This document shows positions 34,979 to 52,460 of a DNA stretch of 64,000 nucleotides, piece by piece. The stretch is from the human T2T-CHM13v2.0 reference genome, Homo sapiens. A program made the translations under genes and the position numbers. The stretch's first letter is position 1. The number at the start of each line of letters is the position of its first letter. Below the pieces are notes generated by a model, which saw nothing but the letters and a program-made list of their open reading frames with translations, ran no database searches and had not been told where the DNA came from. The stretch is from assembly GCF_009914755.1 (NCBI RefSeq), contig NC_060933.1; one strand, written 5' to 3'.

Positions 34979-36045
34979 TTTCCTTCCCTTCTAGAACTTC
35001 AGAGTTTTAGAAAAGAAAATCCTTAGCGTGCTCTTCCAGGTGACAGCTCAAGGAGTCTCTTCAGACTCCACTGGAAATCTCTTGCTTGGGCCAACCTTCC
35101 CCTACTGTCCATCCCTTTGCCACTTGAATTTCACCTCTCTCCATGGTCCCTTTTGATGGCATCTTAGTTGTGGTTTTTACTCCGAGGTACTGTCTCTTGA
35201 ATTACTTTACTCAGCAGTCTCTGAGCAGCCCAACCCTGCATCCCGGGCTCCTGCCCCTGCAGGAAGGGATTTAGCGAAAAGGAATAAAAAGAATATCTGT
35301 AATACACCCCTTCTTCCAGCAACCTCCCACACTCACACCTCTTCTTCAACACAAGGGGGTGCTACTCACATGGTCATTTTACACTATTCTGCACTACACA
35401 AACTTCATTGTGATGTTCTTCACCCCCATACCTCCATCAGCCACAACTCTTGAAGAAATGTTTATGAAAGCCTAAATCTAGGATTCCCCCTGAAATGTGG
35501 ATGAATTTTACACCAGTTCCTTAAGTTGAAAAATATTTGCCATTAATGAGGGCTTAAACCTTACCTGTAGAAATAATTTGCAATACAAGAAAAGGGTCAG
35601 GGAAATTTTTTAACTCCATAGAGTATGGGACTAAATCCATGTATTTACTTCCAAGCCAGGCAAGTAGAGGGGACTCTATTCTGATCTAAAATGAGAAGAG
35701 AAAAATGCTTCTCTCAAGGAAGAGGTTGTTTGTGGCAGTGAAGGGAGAAGCAAGAGGATCAATGTTGAGGGTCAGCAGATGAAAAGAAAGGAAGTAAGCC
35801 AGGAGCTGCCCAAGCTGATCAAGAAAGACTCACAGCTTCTCACGAGGTGGCATCCTCCAACTCCCAAACTCTGAAGGCCTCCAGCTCCACATCTCATTAC
35901 CTTCCTCCCAATCATCTTCTAGGGAGAATTTTCTGCCCTAGGCTACAGAGGCTCAGAAATGAGGGAAGTTGGGGAAAGGAAGATTCCCCCATGCCTGGCA
36001 TCCTTAGCTGGTCCCACACATCTTCCTATAAAAATACTCTTCATG

Positions 36046-36375
<330 letters not shown>

Positions 36376-37259
36376 CTACTTCAGAGGATTATGGATTAAA
36401 CCTAGCTAACCACCAGGCAGACATAATGTGGTTACTATGGAGAACGCATCCTGAGTCCCACAGAACTTACTTCTGCAAACGAACCGCTGGAATTCTGCCA
36501 TTCTGACATGGGGACTGCTTGTGTAACCCTCAAATGAGGGAGGAAGATGTATTGACATCTTTTGGACCTGTTAGATTCATAAGACAAGGAATAATTTTGT
36601 ATCCTTTTTGCTTGAGAGCTTTTCATATTGCCTTTTGATCATTCTGGAGATCAAGAAATACGTTCCCTTCCTTCTGGTCAGGTTTTAAAGAATTCTGAGG
36701 CCTCTGGCTGGCACATTCACTGATTCCTATAGAATCAAAGCCATGATTTTGAGTCTCACTTGCTTAGAAATGTAAAGGAATGAGTAAAAGTCGGAAGGAA
36801 GTTTAATTTTAGCTTCTTTGGGCTTTTTGATCATGAAAACTAAAGCATATCTGATACAAATACACTTTACTGAAGTTCAGAGAGTTAAGTTTGTCTAAAT
36901 TCAAATTATTAAACTGCATTTTAGCTGCTTTAGCATAACTGTGTGAAAGAGCACGTGAAACAGAGAGAAAATGACTCATGCAGTCTTCTCAGTGAAGCTG
37001 AAAGTCTAGTTAACCCTGAAAAGATGCCATTACTAAGTGAGCTCTAGCTCATTGTTTATATGCAAGCTAGGCCACCAAATCATATTTATCCTTTTTGGGA
37101 GGCCCTTAGCAAAACAATGGAATCAATTTCTAGTACATGAGAATATTTCCACACTGCAAGTTTTTCTGAAAAAAAGAAACTACATCATGATTTGAAAACA
37201 GGCTTTTTCATATGACACTTCAGTAACAAACATTTTCACATGTAAGAAATGTCCTGCAC

Positions 37260-37382
37260 TTTTTTTTTTTTTTTAGAAATCAAGGTCTCACTGTGTTGCT
37301 CAGGCTGGACTTGAACTCCTGGGCTTAAGCTATCCTCCCACCTCAGCCTCTCAAGTAGCTCAGCTTACAGCCACTGCACCTA
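37260..37382 (-). mobile_element. Alu monomer (FLAM)
   Basis: T-run followed by ggtctcactgtgttgctcaggctggacttgaactcctgggc. Confidence 0.75.
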
Positions 37383-37454
37383 TGTTCTGCAAATATTTAA
37401 AGATTATTAATCAGTGTGAGGACAGTGATAGAGTCCAGTAAATGTCCATATCAT

Positions 37455-37682
37455 GCATTTGAGTACTTGCTATGTGCCAAGGACTTCACATATATTATCT
37501 TCTCTAATTCTCAGTAAAGCCCTTTGAGAAAGGAATTAATACTCCCATTTTACAAATGAGAAAATCAAGGCAGATGTTAAGGAACTTGCCCAAGTCTTCA
37601 TAACTTATAAATGGCACCGCAGACATTTGAATCCAGGTCCACCTGACTCAGAGCCAAGTTCTTAGCTACTCTGTTGCCTCCC
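37455..37682 (+). mobile_element. MIR
   Basis: cccattttacaaatgagaaaatcaagg ... aacttgcccaag ... atttgaatccaggtc. Confidence 0.7.
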
Positions 37683-40600
37683 AAATGGCAGAAGTTCTGC
37701 TGCCACTATTAAACATTAGCCATTATTACCAAAGATTGCCCAGGGGCTTCTGTATAATGCAACATCACATGCAAAGCATTTCTAAAGGTTTTCTCTATAA
37801 GGAAGAGGCCATTTGCTAAAGGAAGGCATTCTTGAATATTATCACCAGTTTAAAAAAACCTCTAAAATTAAAATAATATACACTTTTTGTGCAATAGATA
37901 TTCTTTAAGCAAGCATCTTTTAGAAGTAGAGTATGAATAATGCAGTCTGCATCAAGAACAGGAATTACATCTTGTAGGAATATAGATGACCTGCTTAAGG
38001 ATAGGGAGACAGGCAGAAACAAATGGACATGTACATACACACTACTCTGCTACCACCCAAGAAAAAGAAGAGGCATGGTTGTGTGCCAGTCTCACCTCTA
38101 GCCTTGCACAGAAGCTTGTTAATACTGGGAGGCTCAAACCTGGTGACCTGAGCCAGCTCATTGCATAATCCTTTCTTTAGGCTGTGGCTGAACTGTGAAA
38201 GTTTGTATTAGTCCCTCTCACTTCCCCCAGGATAGCTGAAAAAGCTGTGGAGGTCTTAACCCTTCCTCCTGGTAGATGAGCAATGCCTATCAGTTCTTGT
38301 GGGTAGACCTTCATTTACCCCCTCCAAAAATGACTGTGGGGCTTCAGGAGCAGGACCGTCACCCTCCATGTCTCCTAAAGTACAATGTGTTGGAAACATA
38401 ATCAGTTTGCACCCACCAATGCCCTTGCCCGTTCCCAACCAAAGCTCTGGATATTCATAAATCATTATGACTGTTTGATTTCAGAGAGTTTTTGCTGAAT
38501 TGCCTCTGAATCCCTCTGGATTGTTGAATAGAGGTAGACTTGGCTTCCCACAGCAGCTGCTAGCCCCAGCTGTATCTCCATCCCAACCTCAACTGATTGG
38601 GTGAACCCAGCAGAAGCCTGTCCTCAGGGGTCTGAATTTTCCTCCTGTAATATCTTATTCCCTAGGTTCAGGGACAAAAAAAAAAGGTAAAAAAAAAAAA
38701 AAAGATTAAAAAAAAAAAAAAGCAGACCATTGCCTTGTTGCCAGGGCAATCAAGCAGATTTCTCTGAATTCAGTGGCCCAAAACAAAATATTCAATTTCG
38801 CCTTGCTGAGAGGCAGAGGTTGTTCTAGCTAGGGTAAAAGTTACTTTCCAAGGGGACAAAAATGGAACAGTATTTGCTATGTGGCATCAGGAGGTCAGAA
38901 AGGCCAAGTAAGTCAGAATCCATTAGAGAAGGCTACATTTGAAAGCTGGCAAGACAGAGAACTAATATGTAACCCAAATACCAGAGATTGAAATGTCAGA
39001 CAAACTGGATTCAGTTTATAAAAAGGTAAGAGGCAAATGAGGGCATCCAAGGGTATTGCTGTAAAAAATCTCAGGGTGTTTGTAAGTAAAGGCGAAGCCA
39101 TCATGAAACACAAAAGGATACTCAGCCAGATTTGTCAGCCTCATAGCAAAGTGTGCAGCCTTCTACCTCCTGCCCAGCTCTTGGGTTAGCTGGAACAGGT
39201 ACTGTTTCCAGTTCTAGGCCCAAGTGTGTGCATCAGTAAGTCATATAATAGAAAAGCTCCTTCCTCAGGGCTGTGATATCATTTTGGCTACGTCCTTATA
39301 TTATGGCCTACTTTAACCTCTACTTGACCACAGACTAGCTAAAATCTCAAGCTCTTTTTGCAGAAGGTCTTGTCTCAAAGCTTTGCAGATAAACTCATAC
39401 AAGATCCCAAGTCAGCTCCCACTTAAGGGTCTGCAGCTGTAAGTGCCATCTGACTGGCAGACAACCATCCCAACAAAACAAAAATCCAAACACCTTCTCA
39501 TGGTCTTCAAGGTTTGGCTCATCAATTTATCTTATTACCAAGCTTCCTATGCTTACTTTTATCCAGCCTCAACAGTCTTTTTGTTCCCTGATTATGCCAA
39601 GCTCTGGTACCACCTCAAGATCCAGGACCTGCCCTGAGTCCCGAACTTTATAGGGTCCCATCTTGCTGAATTTCTTTCTGCAAACTCCTTCACTGTAGGG
39701 TGAGGTCTACATGCCAAGGGATATGCCTAGCAGGACCCAATACCTCCCACACTTCCAGATCACACTTGGGATTCCTGGGACCACAGAATGCTCTGCCCAA
39801 GTAGCCTCAAAAATGCTCCTAGGGCCTGCAAACCCTCTTCCCTAGGTCCAACCCCCTGCAGAGACCACGCTCACTGGTATGTACATCTCTAGACTCTGTT
39901 ACACAGCATATTATGGAATACAGTGAAATGGAAAATGACAATTAAACAAAGAAATAAAATTACTCAACATGTTTAGTTAGTTCTGCTCAGAAAAATAGAG
40001 TTAAATTAAAAGCTGTACCTTCAGCTGTGCCCTGAAGGTACACCAAAGCTTTGTTAAACCAGAAAGCCTGGGAACCTCAGAGCTTGTCTCCCCCAAGAGG
40101 CCTTTAATTCTTGCCTTTTTCACTGAAAATGCAGGAACTTGCTCCAGGTCTTCCAAATACGCCCAGCACCTCAGAGGTTTGAGGATTAAACTCAGCATTT
40201 CACAGGTTGGCTGCTAAACTAATGCTACAACCCAACTTTTATCATTAATGGTAGAAACTGTCTCCTTAAAATATTTTCCAAATCAGAATGCCAATCATAT
40301 TTGGATTCTGGCACAGAGATTTTAAATATTTAGTACTTGCTATCTTAAAAAGAACTGCTCATGAACACTGGCTTGCTGATACATATTACATGATAAATGT
40401 AAATAAAAGTTATCAGATGCTACATGGCTATTCAAAGCCTCTATACCTCCAATTAATGTTAATTTTATTAAGGAATAGTAAGTCAATTTATAAGCTAAGA
40501 CATCTGGCTAGTTATTCCAGAGGAAAATAGAGTTCATATTTCTGTTGTGCAAGTATTTCTAAATGCCACCTGCTGTTAACTTTTAAAAGCAATCTTTGAT

Positions 40601-40942
40601 TTTTACTTCATTCTCTCTATTAATTTTTATAGAAATAGCAGAGAGAAACTGTATTTCAAAAACTCACTTCTGCTTATCTACATAGTTGTTTTCCTTTCTA
40701 AAGTCAACCACCTGGTTGGGTAAGGCGAGAGTGATGGCCATTTTCTTAGCTCAGATTTCTTAGAAAACAGAACATGAAGCAAACTTTGTGCTAATTCTTT
40801 GTTAGCGATTCAGTCCCAGGGAGGTAAGAGTGAGGGGAAAAGGCAGGTGAGGCAGGAAAGGAGAAAATAGTAACACAAGATTGATTGTGTGTTTACTGAG
40901 CTGGCCACACCTATGAAAGAGATCTAACAAGTTTCTTGGTAA

Positions 40943-41342
<400 letters not shown>

Positions 41343-41567
41343 TGAAGGGCAAGGAATTTATCTACCAGCTTTTTCCCATCTCCTTTCTCCCGTTGGCAAA
41401 ATTTGCCCCAAGAGACATTAAATTCATGCTGTGCCTGCCTGTCCTGTAAAGCCAAATTGATTTGATTCCTCCTACTAATGGAAATTAGAAAAAAAAGCAT
41501 TAATAAACTGATCCTGCATAAATCCTAGAGGATAAATTGATGTGCTTCTGTAAAGATGATCATATCT

Positions 41568-41875
<308 letters not shown>

Positions 41876-44231
41876 TAATCATATCCTATCCCCTGACATG
41901 AGTGGAACCACCACCAGACTGGGCATATGGGGGCTCACCATCATCTGCTATGATCCATCTGGTTTTAAGAGAAGTGGCAAGAATTGAAAGGGAATGGGAT
42001 GAGGACCACCTTACCCCTCTCCTACAGGCCTACATTCTTCAAGTCTGATAGTGGTGCTAATTCCTGCAATATTTTCTGGGTTAAGATATGGTTTTAATTT
42101 ACATTCTTGTCTGAGGGTGAGGGTATAGTCAGTTTCTGACACTTCTACTTGGCTTTTCTGAAAATAACAGTTGTTCATTTACACAGTGCAGGGAACTCAT
42201 GTGAGGGGTCTGATATCTGTTCCACTTGATACTCTTTCCATTTATATATTCAAGGACTAGGAAAATAACTACTCACTAATTCTACTGTGAAGTGAATTGG
42301 GGCTAAGACTCCATTTATCATCTGACCACCATAACTCCTATTGTAACTAGAGGACCAGAATGGCATTCAGGATCTCCTAATGTAAGTACCAGCTTAGGCT
42401 TTATATCTCACAGATTTTAAAAGCCTGGATATTCCCTTTCCCTCTGGCACAGTTATTCTGATAAATGGCCACTGGTCCTTTTAGGGAAGGATCACAAAAA
42501 TATTTGGTGGCATTACCAGGTTCTTCTTCAAGGGGAGGATTTCCTCTTGAGTCAATGGCCTCTAGGTCTATAAATCAATTTAGTTCTTGGGACTGGGTGA
42601 TTTTTCCATAGCAGTACTGATGTCAGCTTTCTACTTTCCAGCTTTCAATTCTCTTTTGTCATACAAATCAGGCAACAACCTGGTCAGTTATCCATTTATC
42701 TTGCCCCTAAAATTGCCACATATTCATGTAGGTCAAAACACTCTAATAACCACCCTGACTCTGATGCCCATTACAATAATTATGTCCATCCCACCTCTGA
42801 GAATTAAGTCCTGCCACTGGTCTCTATCATTCTGGAATCCCATCATCCCCATTGATATTAGGCAGCCTGATTCCATGAACTGCAGAGAACAGGTACCAGC
42901 AAGCTTCCTAAAGAAAGGAATATACCCAATATTAGTATATCTCCCATTGTTTTGGAAATATGAATTTTCTCTGGCTCCTTCCAGAGAAGACAGTTAGTAA
43001 TGGATTCTCAGATATATCCATTCTAAAGTTCCTACATCTTTGATTCATATGTCCCGTTTACTCAATATAATGCCAAGATGTCTGACAACTTTACTCACAT
43101 ACTCTAGGGCATTATCATGTCCAAGCTTCAAGGAGCCAACCTAATAGTATATTTAGACCAGCCCTAGGTCCCAGAACACTGAATCCCGAGTCATGGGAGA
43201 AGATCCCATAACCAGTGAATTCTCTCCTATTCATCTTTATATTTTTCCCCCAACGTGATATCCTCAAAATCAACTTCTACACATGTTGCTGGGTTTCCTG
43301 CTTGTATATAATGGTCAAATTCAGCCATTTGTTTGATAAGTAAGCTATTTCTTCCCTGAGCAAGGACTGTACCTTCCCTCTCAGGCTATGCTGAAGTACA
43401 ATCCTGGTTATTGGCCTGGAAGCAGTCGGGTGTGGTGGAGGCAGCTTGTGAGGCGAGCAAATATCATCTTGTTAGGCACCTGCTTTAGGTGAGATTCTTG
43501 CATAGTCTCTAGGCAGGGGGAAGCAGTTATCCTTTAGCAAAGGGGAGCAGATGGATTGCATTGGCCCAGAAACTTCAGGTGAATTTTCAGTTCAGGATTC
43601 TTAGGTTTATTCATTCAGATAGCCTTATCCCAAGTCTGTGTGCCCTCTTCACCATCTGGGACCAGACTATAATATAGTATATTCATTGAAGCTGCAAATT
43701 TAATTTCCTTTACATCTCTACTGTCCTTATAATTAGAATCTGGATCTGATTTTCTATTTGTTCTACCCTGAGGCCCTACTGCTATTGAGACCTCTGGTTT
43801 TTAGAGGATCCCTTAAGTTCACAATTAGCTTTCCTGAGCCTACCATTCTCTTTTTATAAGACTGGCACTGACACCAAAATTAGCCACCCATACAGCCTTA
43901 CAATTTTCCACATGCTGATCTCCCAATGCCTCTCCTTCTGCTTTGTATCTCCTCCCAATAAACCACAAGCAAAAGCTGCATAAATTGTGATCCCACTGCA
44001 AGAGGTTATTATGGCTCCACTTGCCACTAGCAATGGGGTCTCCATTGCCTTTAGTCAATAGGCAATTGAAATTCCATCCTGAGAGTTTGCTTTTTTGGGC
44101 AAACACTAGAATTCATTTGCTTAGCCTTAGTTCCCTAAAAAAAAAAAAAACAAAGCCTGAGGGAAAGCTTTTATGCTAATATTTTATTAGAGGGTGCAGG
44201 GAAGAAAGAGTGAGGGAAAAAGAGGAATAGC

Positions 44232-45425
<1,194 letters not shown>

Positions 45426-45864
45426 TTAATTAATTAAACAGTAGGGCAGGGAAGGAGAAAGGGCAAACACAAAGGAGTGTATTACTAAGCTGACCACAGC
45501 TTTACAAGGCACGCAACTAATCGCTCAGTGTCATGGGATCTTTCAAGAAAGACCACATGAGTCCTGTGTCTTGAAATCATCTGTCAGGGAGAAGAAGGTG
45601 GACAATTTATCTGCTTCTCCTTTCTGACTCCTGTCTCTTTTTAGCCAAGTTTGCCCCACAGGGCATAATGCCTCAGTACTTCCGTGTTCTCTCTGGGCAT
45701 CCCTTAGTTCCAGATGGATCAGATAGGGGTCTAAAGTTCCTGCCATTAGCAGCCAAGAACCATGGAACCCATAGGGTTAGACGGATCTGTAAAGGCACAT
45801 AACCTAGCACAAGTGAGGGGAAAATGACATCTCACAACTAGAGCCATACAAACTTATAAAAACT

Positions 45865-46473
45865 GTCAAAGAGAAACCAACCTGGACACACTAGTTAAAG
45901 AAACTAAAGTCAGATTCTACTCAGTAATTACTGCAGTAGGGAAGACAGTCCAGTGTAATCAGAGCTCAACTTCAGTCCATGTAGAAGTCACTGGTGTTTT
46001 AAACAGAGAATGAGGGAGTAAGGAGGAGAAATGAGCTGGGGCTTGAGCAGTCAGGGAAGTGAGAAATTACAAAAAGTGGGTTGGTGGGTTGGTCAATGTG
46101 ATTAAGCCATGTGGGTTTGCTAACTGGTGCTTATCTAAGTTAGGCTCCTACCCTCCCACAGAGACTAGGAGATTGTTCCCCTATCTTCAGGTGTTGACTG
46201 AAATAAATTCTTTTGGCAGCCTTGAGCTTTCCCAAGTAGAAACTTAAAAGGAAGGAGAGGGCTGCAGGTCATCCCAGGATAAGACCTTGAGCTACAAACT
46301 ATGCTAGGGTTTGTTCGGTTCTCTTATTGTGTGTTTGGGTGGCAGGAGGCTGTGGGGGGAGGTGGGAAGGGAGATGAATGAAATCATTTATACTGAGTGT
46401 CTGCAACTCTTATAGGCCAAGGTTGAGGCTTAGTCAAAAAGAGCCCAAGTTTGGCCAAATAGAGTCTTTGTCA
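45865..46473 (-). mobile_element. ERV1 solo LTR (MER67/MER31-like)
   Basis: Inverted termini tgtcaaaga ... tctttgtca; minus-strand start tgacaaagactct...ccaaac. Confidence 0.6.
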
Positions 46474-47400
46474 GGACATCCACGAACTAAGGGCTGTATA
46501 GTGTCTGATACATATCACTATTTGGCATCAGCCAATTCTCTTGTCTAGAATATTCCATACCATCATACAATACCATAGATGCAAAAGTGAGCCTTATAAA
46601 GCTAGTACCTTTACTGCCTTTCACTCATTTATTCATTCATTCATTCATTTACTTACTTATTACTTACTAACTTTCTTTGGCCTTTTATTTCAAGCATTTT
46701 TTAACTTCTGGAGAAATGATGATTATGTTCAATGAGATATATATAAGATAGCATCAATAAACATTAGTTCTCTTTTCTGTCAAACTTCACTAAGAGATCC
46801 TCTGATAACAACTCTTTGTTTTCCCAGGTGATTCTCTCAACAAATTTCCTGTTTAGTGGAGCCCTGGATTTTCTGACTCGTGTTCATGTATTTTGTCTCA
46901 CACTTCTTTGAGTAGGCTAGGGCATTTAACAGTTCCCTGCCTGATTCACAGATGGAGTCAGGCCTTCTGTGACTCCTACTTTGGCCTTCTAGAGCCACAG
47001 ATACTCTCTTCAGATTTCAACTCTGCCCAGACCCCTGGGCATTCTCTTGCTAACATTCATTGACTCTAGCAGGCCAGCCCTGGCTCTTCAGGCCGACTCA
47101 GTGTCCTAGGGCCCTGGTTTGGAAAGGAAAGTTCAAAAAACCTTCACCTCAGTAAGAAAAGCATCTTCCTTTGCAGCTGGGTACCATTCCCTCAACCTTT
47201 ACAAAATAGCAAGAAAACCTGATAAATATCTCCCACTCTTCTCTGCAAAGCACTGGATAGCTACACTACAATTTAGTCAAGATGGATGAAGCTGCTGAAC
47301 CTCTAAAGGAGTTAGTAAATTAGCTCTGGTTTTCCACTGTCCAAAGAGAAATGGGTGTTTGTTGTTATTGTTGTTGTTATTTAGGGGATAACAGGCATTA

Positions 47401-47911
<511 letters not shown>

Positions 47912-48489
47912 AGAGAGAAGGAAGGAAGGGAGGGAGGGAGTAAGGGAGGGAGGGAGGGAAGGAGGGAGGGAGAACCTCAGTCTACCTGCTTTAGGTTTAT
48001 TTAAATTCAGTTTAATGGCAAAGTGACTTTGTGTTAAAACTAAGAGGAGCTTGCTATTCAGAAATTGTTTAATATTATAGTCAAGAATCTAAATTAGCTG
48101 AGTTACCTCCAAATTCTAATCCAACTTTGTGAAAAACCTACATGGTGTGCCTCAGAGGATATACCTCTACTGCTAAGATGCATTTAGACTTTTCAAACCT
48201 CTAGCTTCAATTGTTTTAAGAAATCTAAACATGAGATTGTCAAAATCACTATCACCAGAAAACATGGGCCAAGAGAATTCTTTTCCTGAGAGTCATTTAT
48301 CTAGAAACAATAGATTGGGAATAATAGTTTGGATAAAGAAACGGAATTAGCTAGATGGGTTACTTTGTTATTGTAACCAAATGATTAGAAGACTGTGGAC
48401 AAATAAGAATCATAGTATCTCATCCTTGAGTTAAACATTTTTACTAACATCTACTTAAGAAATGCCTGGTGCGCTTTTTTGCAGACATT

Positions 48490-48595
48490 TTGGACTTGCC
48501 CCAAATCAGAATCTGTTAGTATGGCATGTCAAGAATCTACATATTTTTAACAAAGCTCTCTAAGTGATTCTTGTGAACACTAGTTTGAGAACCAG
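48490..48595. mobile_element. MER5-like hAT DNA transposon fragment
   Basis: aatcagaatct ... tttttaacaaagctctctaagtgattct ... agtttgagaacca. Confidence 0.45.
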
Positions 48596-49210
48596 GGTAA
48601 AAGGAGACGAGCACCCTCATACACTGCTGCTAAAAGGGCAAATCAATAAAACTCTCCTGGAAGGCAGTTTAGTAGACACTCTCAAGCAACTCTAAGTTAC
48701 CCGAGTCACCAGATAAACTGACACTCTTTTCCCTCTATAAAACCCACTGCTGGCCATGGCCCATCAAGTTCTTAATGGCAATAGGCTACTCTTTCATCTG
48801 CTCTTGAAATTGTGAATCATCTGCTAACTAAGGGTCAGTTTTGTGTGTCTTCTAAAAACTTTTATGCTGATTGATTTATAATATTATGTAAAATAAAAGA
48901 AAAAGAGTTGTTTCAGGGAAAAGAAATTTGAATACTTTGGACAGATTCTAAAGGCAAATTACACATATAGAAATGATGTCAAATCAGGAGTAAAAGATTG
49001 GGGGAGGGGTAGCAACTGTGAATAACTCTATACTCAGATTGCTTTATAAATTTTTTCGGTTCTTGCTCTGCCTTAAAAACAGAAAAAGTAAAAATCTTAG
49101 ACAATTTATTGTAGATGTCATTTATCCAGGAGTGATTACATAGACCATTGTAATCAGGGAACCCATTGTCAACAATAATAAATTCCTTAGCACTAAAATT
49201 TCATTTACAC

Positions 49211-51775
49211 GAGGAGGAGGCAGAGCAAGACAGCTGGATAGAAGCCTCCACCAATCATCCTCCCCACAGGAACACCAAATCAAACAACTATCCATACAAA
49301 AAAGCATCTTCATAAGAGCCAAAATCACATGAGTGATCACAATACCTGGTTTTAACTTAGTATCACTGAAAGAGGCACTGAGGAGGTTAGGAAAGACAGT
49401 CTTGAATTTCCAGGGCCACCACTCCCTCATCCCAGGGCAGCAGCTATGTGGCATGGAGAGAATCTGTGCACTTGAGGGAGGGGGAGTACAGTTTTGCACT
49501 GGAACTCAGTGCTGCCCTGTCACAGTGGAAAGCAACACTTGGCAGAACTTAGCTGACATCTGCAGAGGAGCATTTAGACCAGACATACCCAGAGGGGAAT
49601 CACCTATCCCAGTAGTTGGAACCTAAGTTATGGCAAGCCTTGCCACCACAGGCTAAAGTACTCCAGCATCCTAAACAAACTTGAAAGGCAGTTTCAAGTT
49701 AATTAGGCCACAAGGATTACAATTACTGGGCAAGTCTTGGTGCTATGCTGGGCTCGGAACCACTGGATTTGGGGGACAAGCAACCTGGTAAGACACCAGC
49801 CAGGGTGTCCAAGGGAGTGCTTGCACCACCCCTCCCTCAACCTCAGGCAGCACAGTTTGCAGCTTCAGGAGATGTTCCTTCCTCCATTTGAGGAGAGAAG
49901 AGGGACGGGTAAAGAAGACTTTGTCGTACATCTTGGATACCAGCTAAGACACAGTAGGATAGGGCACTGGGCAGAGTCCTGATACCCCTATTTCAGGCTC
50001 TAGCTACCAGATGATATTTCTAGACACACCCTGGGCCAGAAGGGAACTCAGTGACTTGAAGGGAAGGGCCCAGTTCTGGCAGGATTCATCACTTGCTGAC
50101 CAAAGAGCCTTTGATTCCTGAATAATCAGCAGCAATATCCAGGCAGTACTCTCCATGGGCCTTGGGTAAGACTCAGAGATGTGCTGGCTTCAGGTGTGAT
50201 GCAGCACATTCCTAGCTGTGGTGGCTATGGGGAGAGGTTCCTGCCTGAGAAAGGTGAAGTGAAGAGTAAAGAGGACTTTGTCTTGTAGCTTAGGTACTAA
50301 CTTGGCCTCCATGGGGTAGAGCACCAAGCAGGCTCTTAGGGTCCCTGATTCCAGGCCTTGGTTTTTGGATGGCATTTCTGGACTTACCTTGAGCCAAAGG
50401 GGAGCCCGCTGCCCTAAAGGGTGAGTCCCAGGCTTGGCAGCATTCACTACAAGCTGACTGAAGAGCCCTTGGGCCTTAAGTGGACATCAGTAGCACCCTG
50501 GTACTACTCCCCATGGGCCTGGGGTGATGAAGGATGCAAGGAGAGGCTCCTATGCCTGCAGAAAGGGGAGGGAAGAGTGGGAAGGACTTTGTCTTGTTGT
50601 TTCAGTGCCAGCTTAGCCACAATGGGATAGAGCACCAGGTGGATTTCTTGGGTTTCAAACTCCGGGCCCTGTCTCCCAGATGGAATTTCTGGACCTGCCT
50701 GGGGCTGGGGAGGATCTTGCTGCCCTGAAGGGAAGACAAAGTCCTGGCTGGCTTTACTACCTGCTGATTGAAGAGCCCTAGTGCCATGAGTGAATATAGG
50801 CAGTATAGCTAGGCAGTGGTTACCAAAGGCCTTGAGCAAGACCCAGTGCTATGCTGGCTTCAGGTCTAACCCAGCACAATCTGAATGCTGGGGGCCACAA
50901 TGGTGCTTGTGTCACCCCTCCCCTAGCTCTAGGCAGCTCAGCACAGAAAGAGACTCTGTTTGTGTGGGAGAAAGTAAGGGAAGACAACAAGAGTCTTATG
51001 CCTGGTAATCCAGAGAATTCTTCTGGATCTTATCCAAGTCCACCAATATGGTACTTCTATGAGCTTACAAAAGCAACAGCAATACTGCGCTTGGGGTGCC
51101 CCCTAATGCAGGTATGGCTGCCATAGGCAAAAGCTTAAATCACAACACCCAAGTCCCTTTGAACACCTGGAAAGTCTTCCCAAGAAGGGTGGGTACAACA
51201 AGCCCAGACTGTGAAGACTACAATGAATACTTAACTCCTTAAAGCCCAGACACTGACAAACATCCACAAGAATCAAGACCATGTAGGAAAACATGACCTC
51301 ACCAAATGAACTAAATAAGTCACCAGGGACCAATTATGGAGAGACAGAGATATGTGACCTTTCAGAGAGAGAATTCAAAATAGCTGTGTTAAAGAAATTC
51401 AGTGAAATTCAAGATAACACAGAGAAGGAATTCAGAATCCTATCAGATAAATTTCTTTCTTTCTTTATTTTGAGACAGGGTCTCACCCTGTCATAGGCTG
51501 GTCCCCAGTGGCATGATCCCAGCTCACTGTATCCTCTGCCTCCTGGACTCAAGTGATCCTCCCACCTCAGCCTCCCAAGTAGCTGGGACTACAAGTGGGC
51601 GCCACCATTCTCAGCTAATTTTTGTATTTTTTTTGTAGAGAGGAGGTTTTGCCATGTTGCCCAGGTGGGTCTCGAACTCCTGGGCTCAAGTGATTCAACT
51701 GCCTCAGCCTCCCAAAATGCTGGGATTACAGGTGTGAGCCACTGCACCTAGCCCTATTGGATAAATTTAACAGAG
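49211..51775 (+). mobile_element. L1PB/L1MA-type 5' UTR and ORF1 start, 3'-truncated; contains an antisense AluJ at 51451-51753 (TSD cctat[ca/tg]gataaattt)
   Basis: gaggaggaggcagagcaaga... L1 5' end; long repetitive GC-richer UTR; ORF 51293 MTSPNELNKSPGTN...REFKIAVLKK is the ORF1 N-terminus. Confidence 0.8.
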
Positions 51776-52460
51776 GCCCACTAGCCTAGAAGAAAAAAAT
51801 GGTTTTCTGGGCTAGGCCCAGGGCCTCTGCTGTGTGCAGCCTAGAGACTTGGTGCCCTATGTCCCAGCTGCTCTAGCTGTAGCTAAAAGGGGCCAAGGTA
51901 CAGCACTCAGGCCATGGCTTCAGAGGGTGCAAGCCCCAAGCCTTGGCAGCCTCAACATGGTGTTGACTCTGCAGTTGCACAGAAGTCAAAAATTGAGGTT
52001 TGGGAACCTCCACCTGGATTTCAGAGGATGTACGAAAACACCTGGATGTCCAGGCAGAAGTTTGCTGCAAGGGTGGGGCCCTCGTGGACAACCTCTGCCA
52101 GGGCAGTACAGAAGGGAAATGTGGGGTCAGAGCCCCCACACAGAGTCCCCAGTGGGGCACTGCCTGGTGGAGCTATCAGAAGAGGGCCACCATCCTCCAG
52201 ATCCCAGAATGGTAGGTCCACCAACAGCTTGCATTGTGTGCCTGGAAAAGCCACCGACACTCAATACCAGCTTGTGGAAGCAGCTGGGAAGGGGGCTGTG
52301 CCCTGCAAAGCTACAGGAGTGGACCCACCCAAGGCTGTGAGAGCCCACTTCTTGCATCAGCATGCCCTAGATGTGAGACATGGAGTCAGAGGAGATCATT
52401 TTGGAACTTTAAGGTTTTATGACTGCCCTATTGGATTTCAGACTTGCATGAGGTCTGAAG
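51776..52460 (+). mobile_element. MaLR internal sequence (THE1/MST-int) fragment
   Basis: ORF 51914-52483 has MaLR-int type text (ASEGASPKPWQ, KIEVWEPPPGFQRMYEN, GNVGSEPPHRVP). Confidence 0.8.

Noticed and set aside
42587-42997. 136-aa TTG-initiated ORF
   Set aside because: Antisense to decayed ERVL internal sequence; no ATG start and no recognisable domain.
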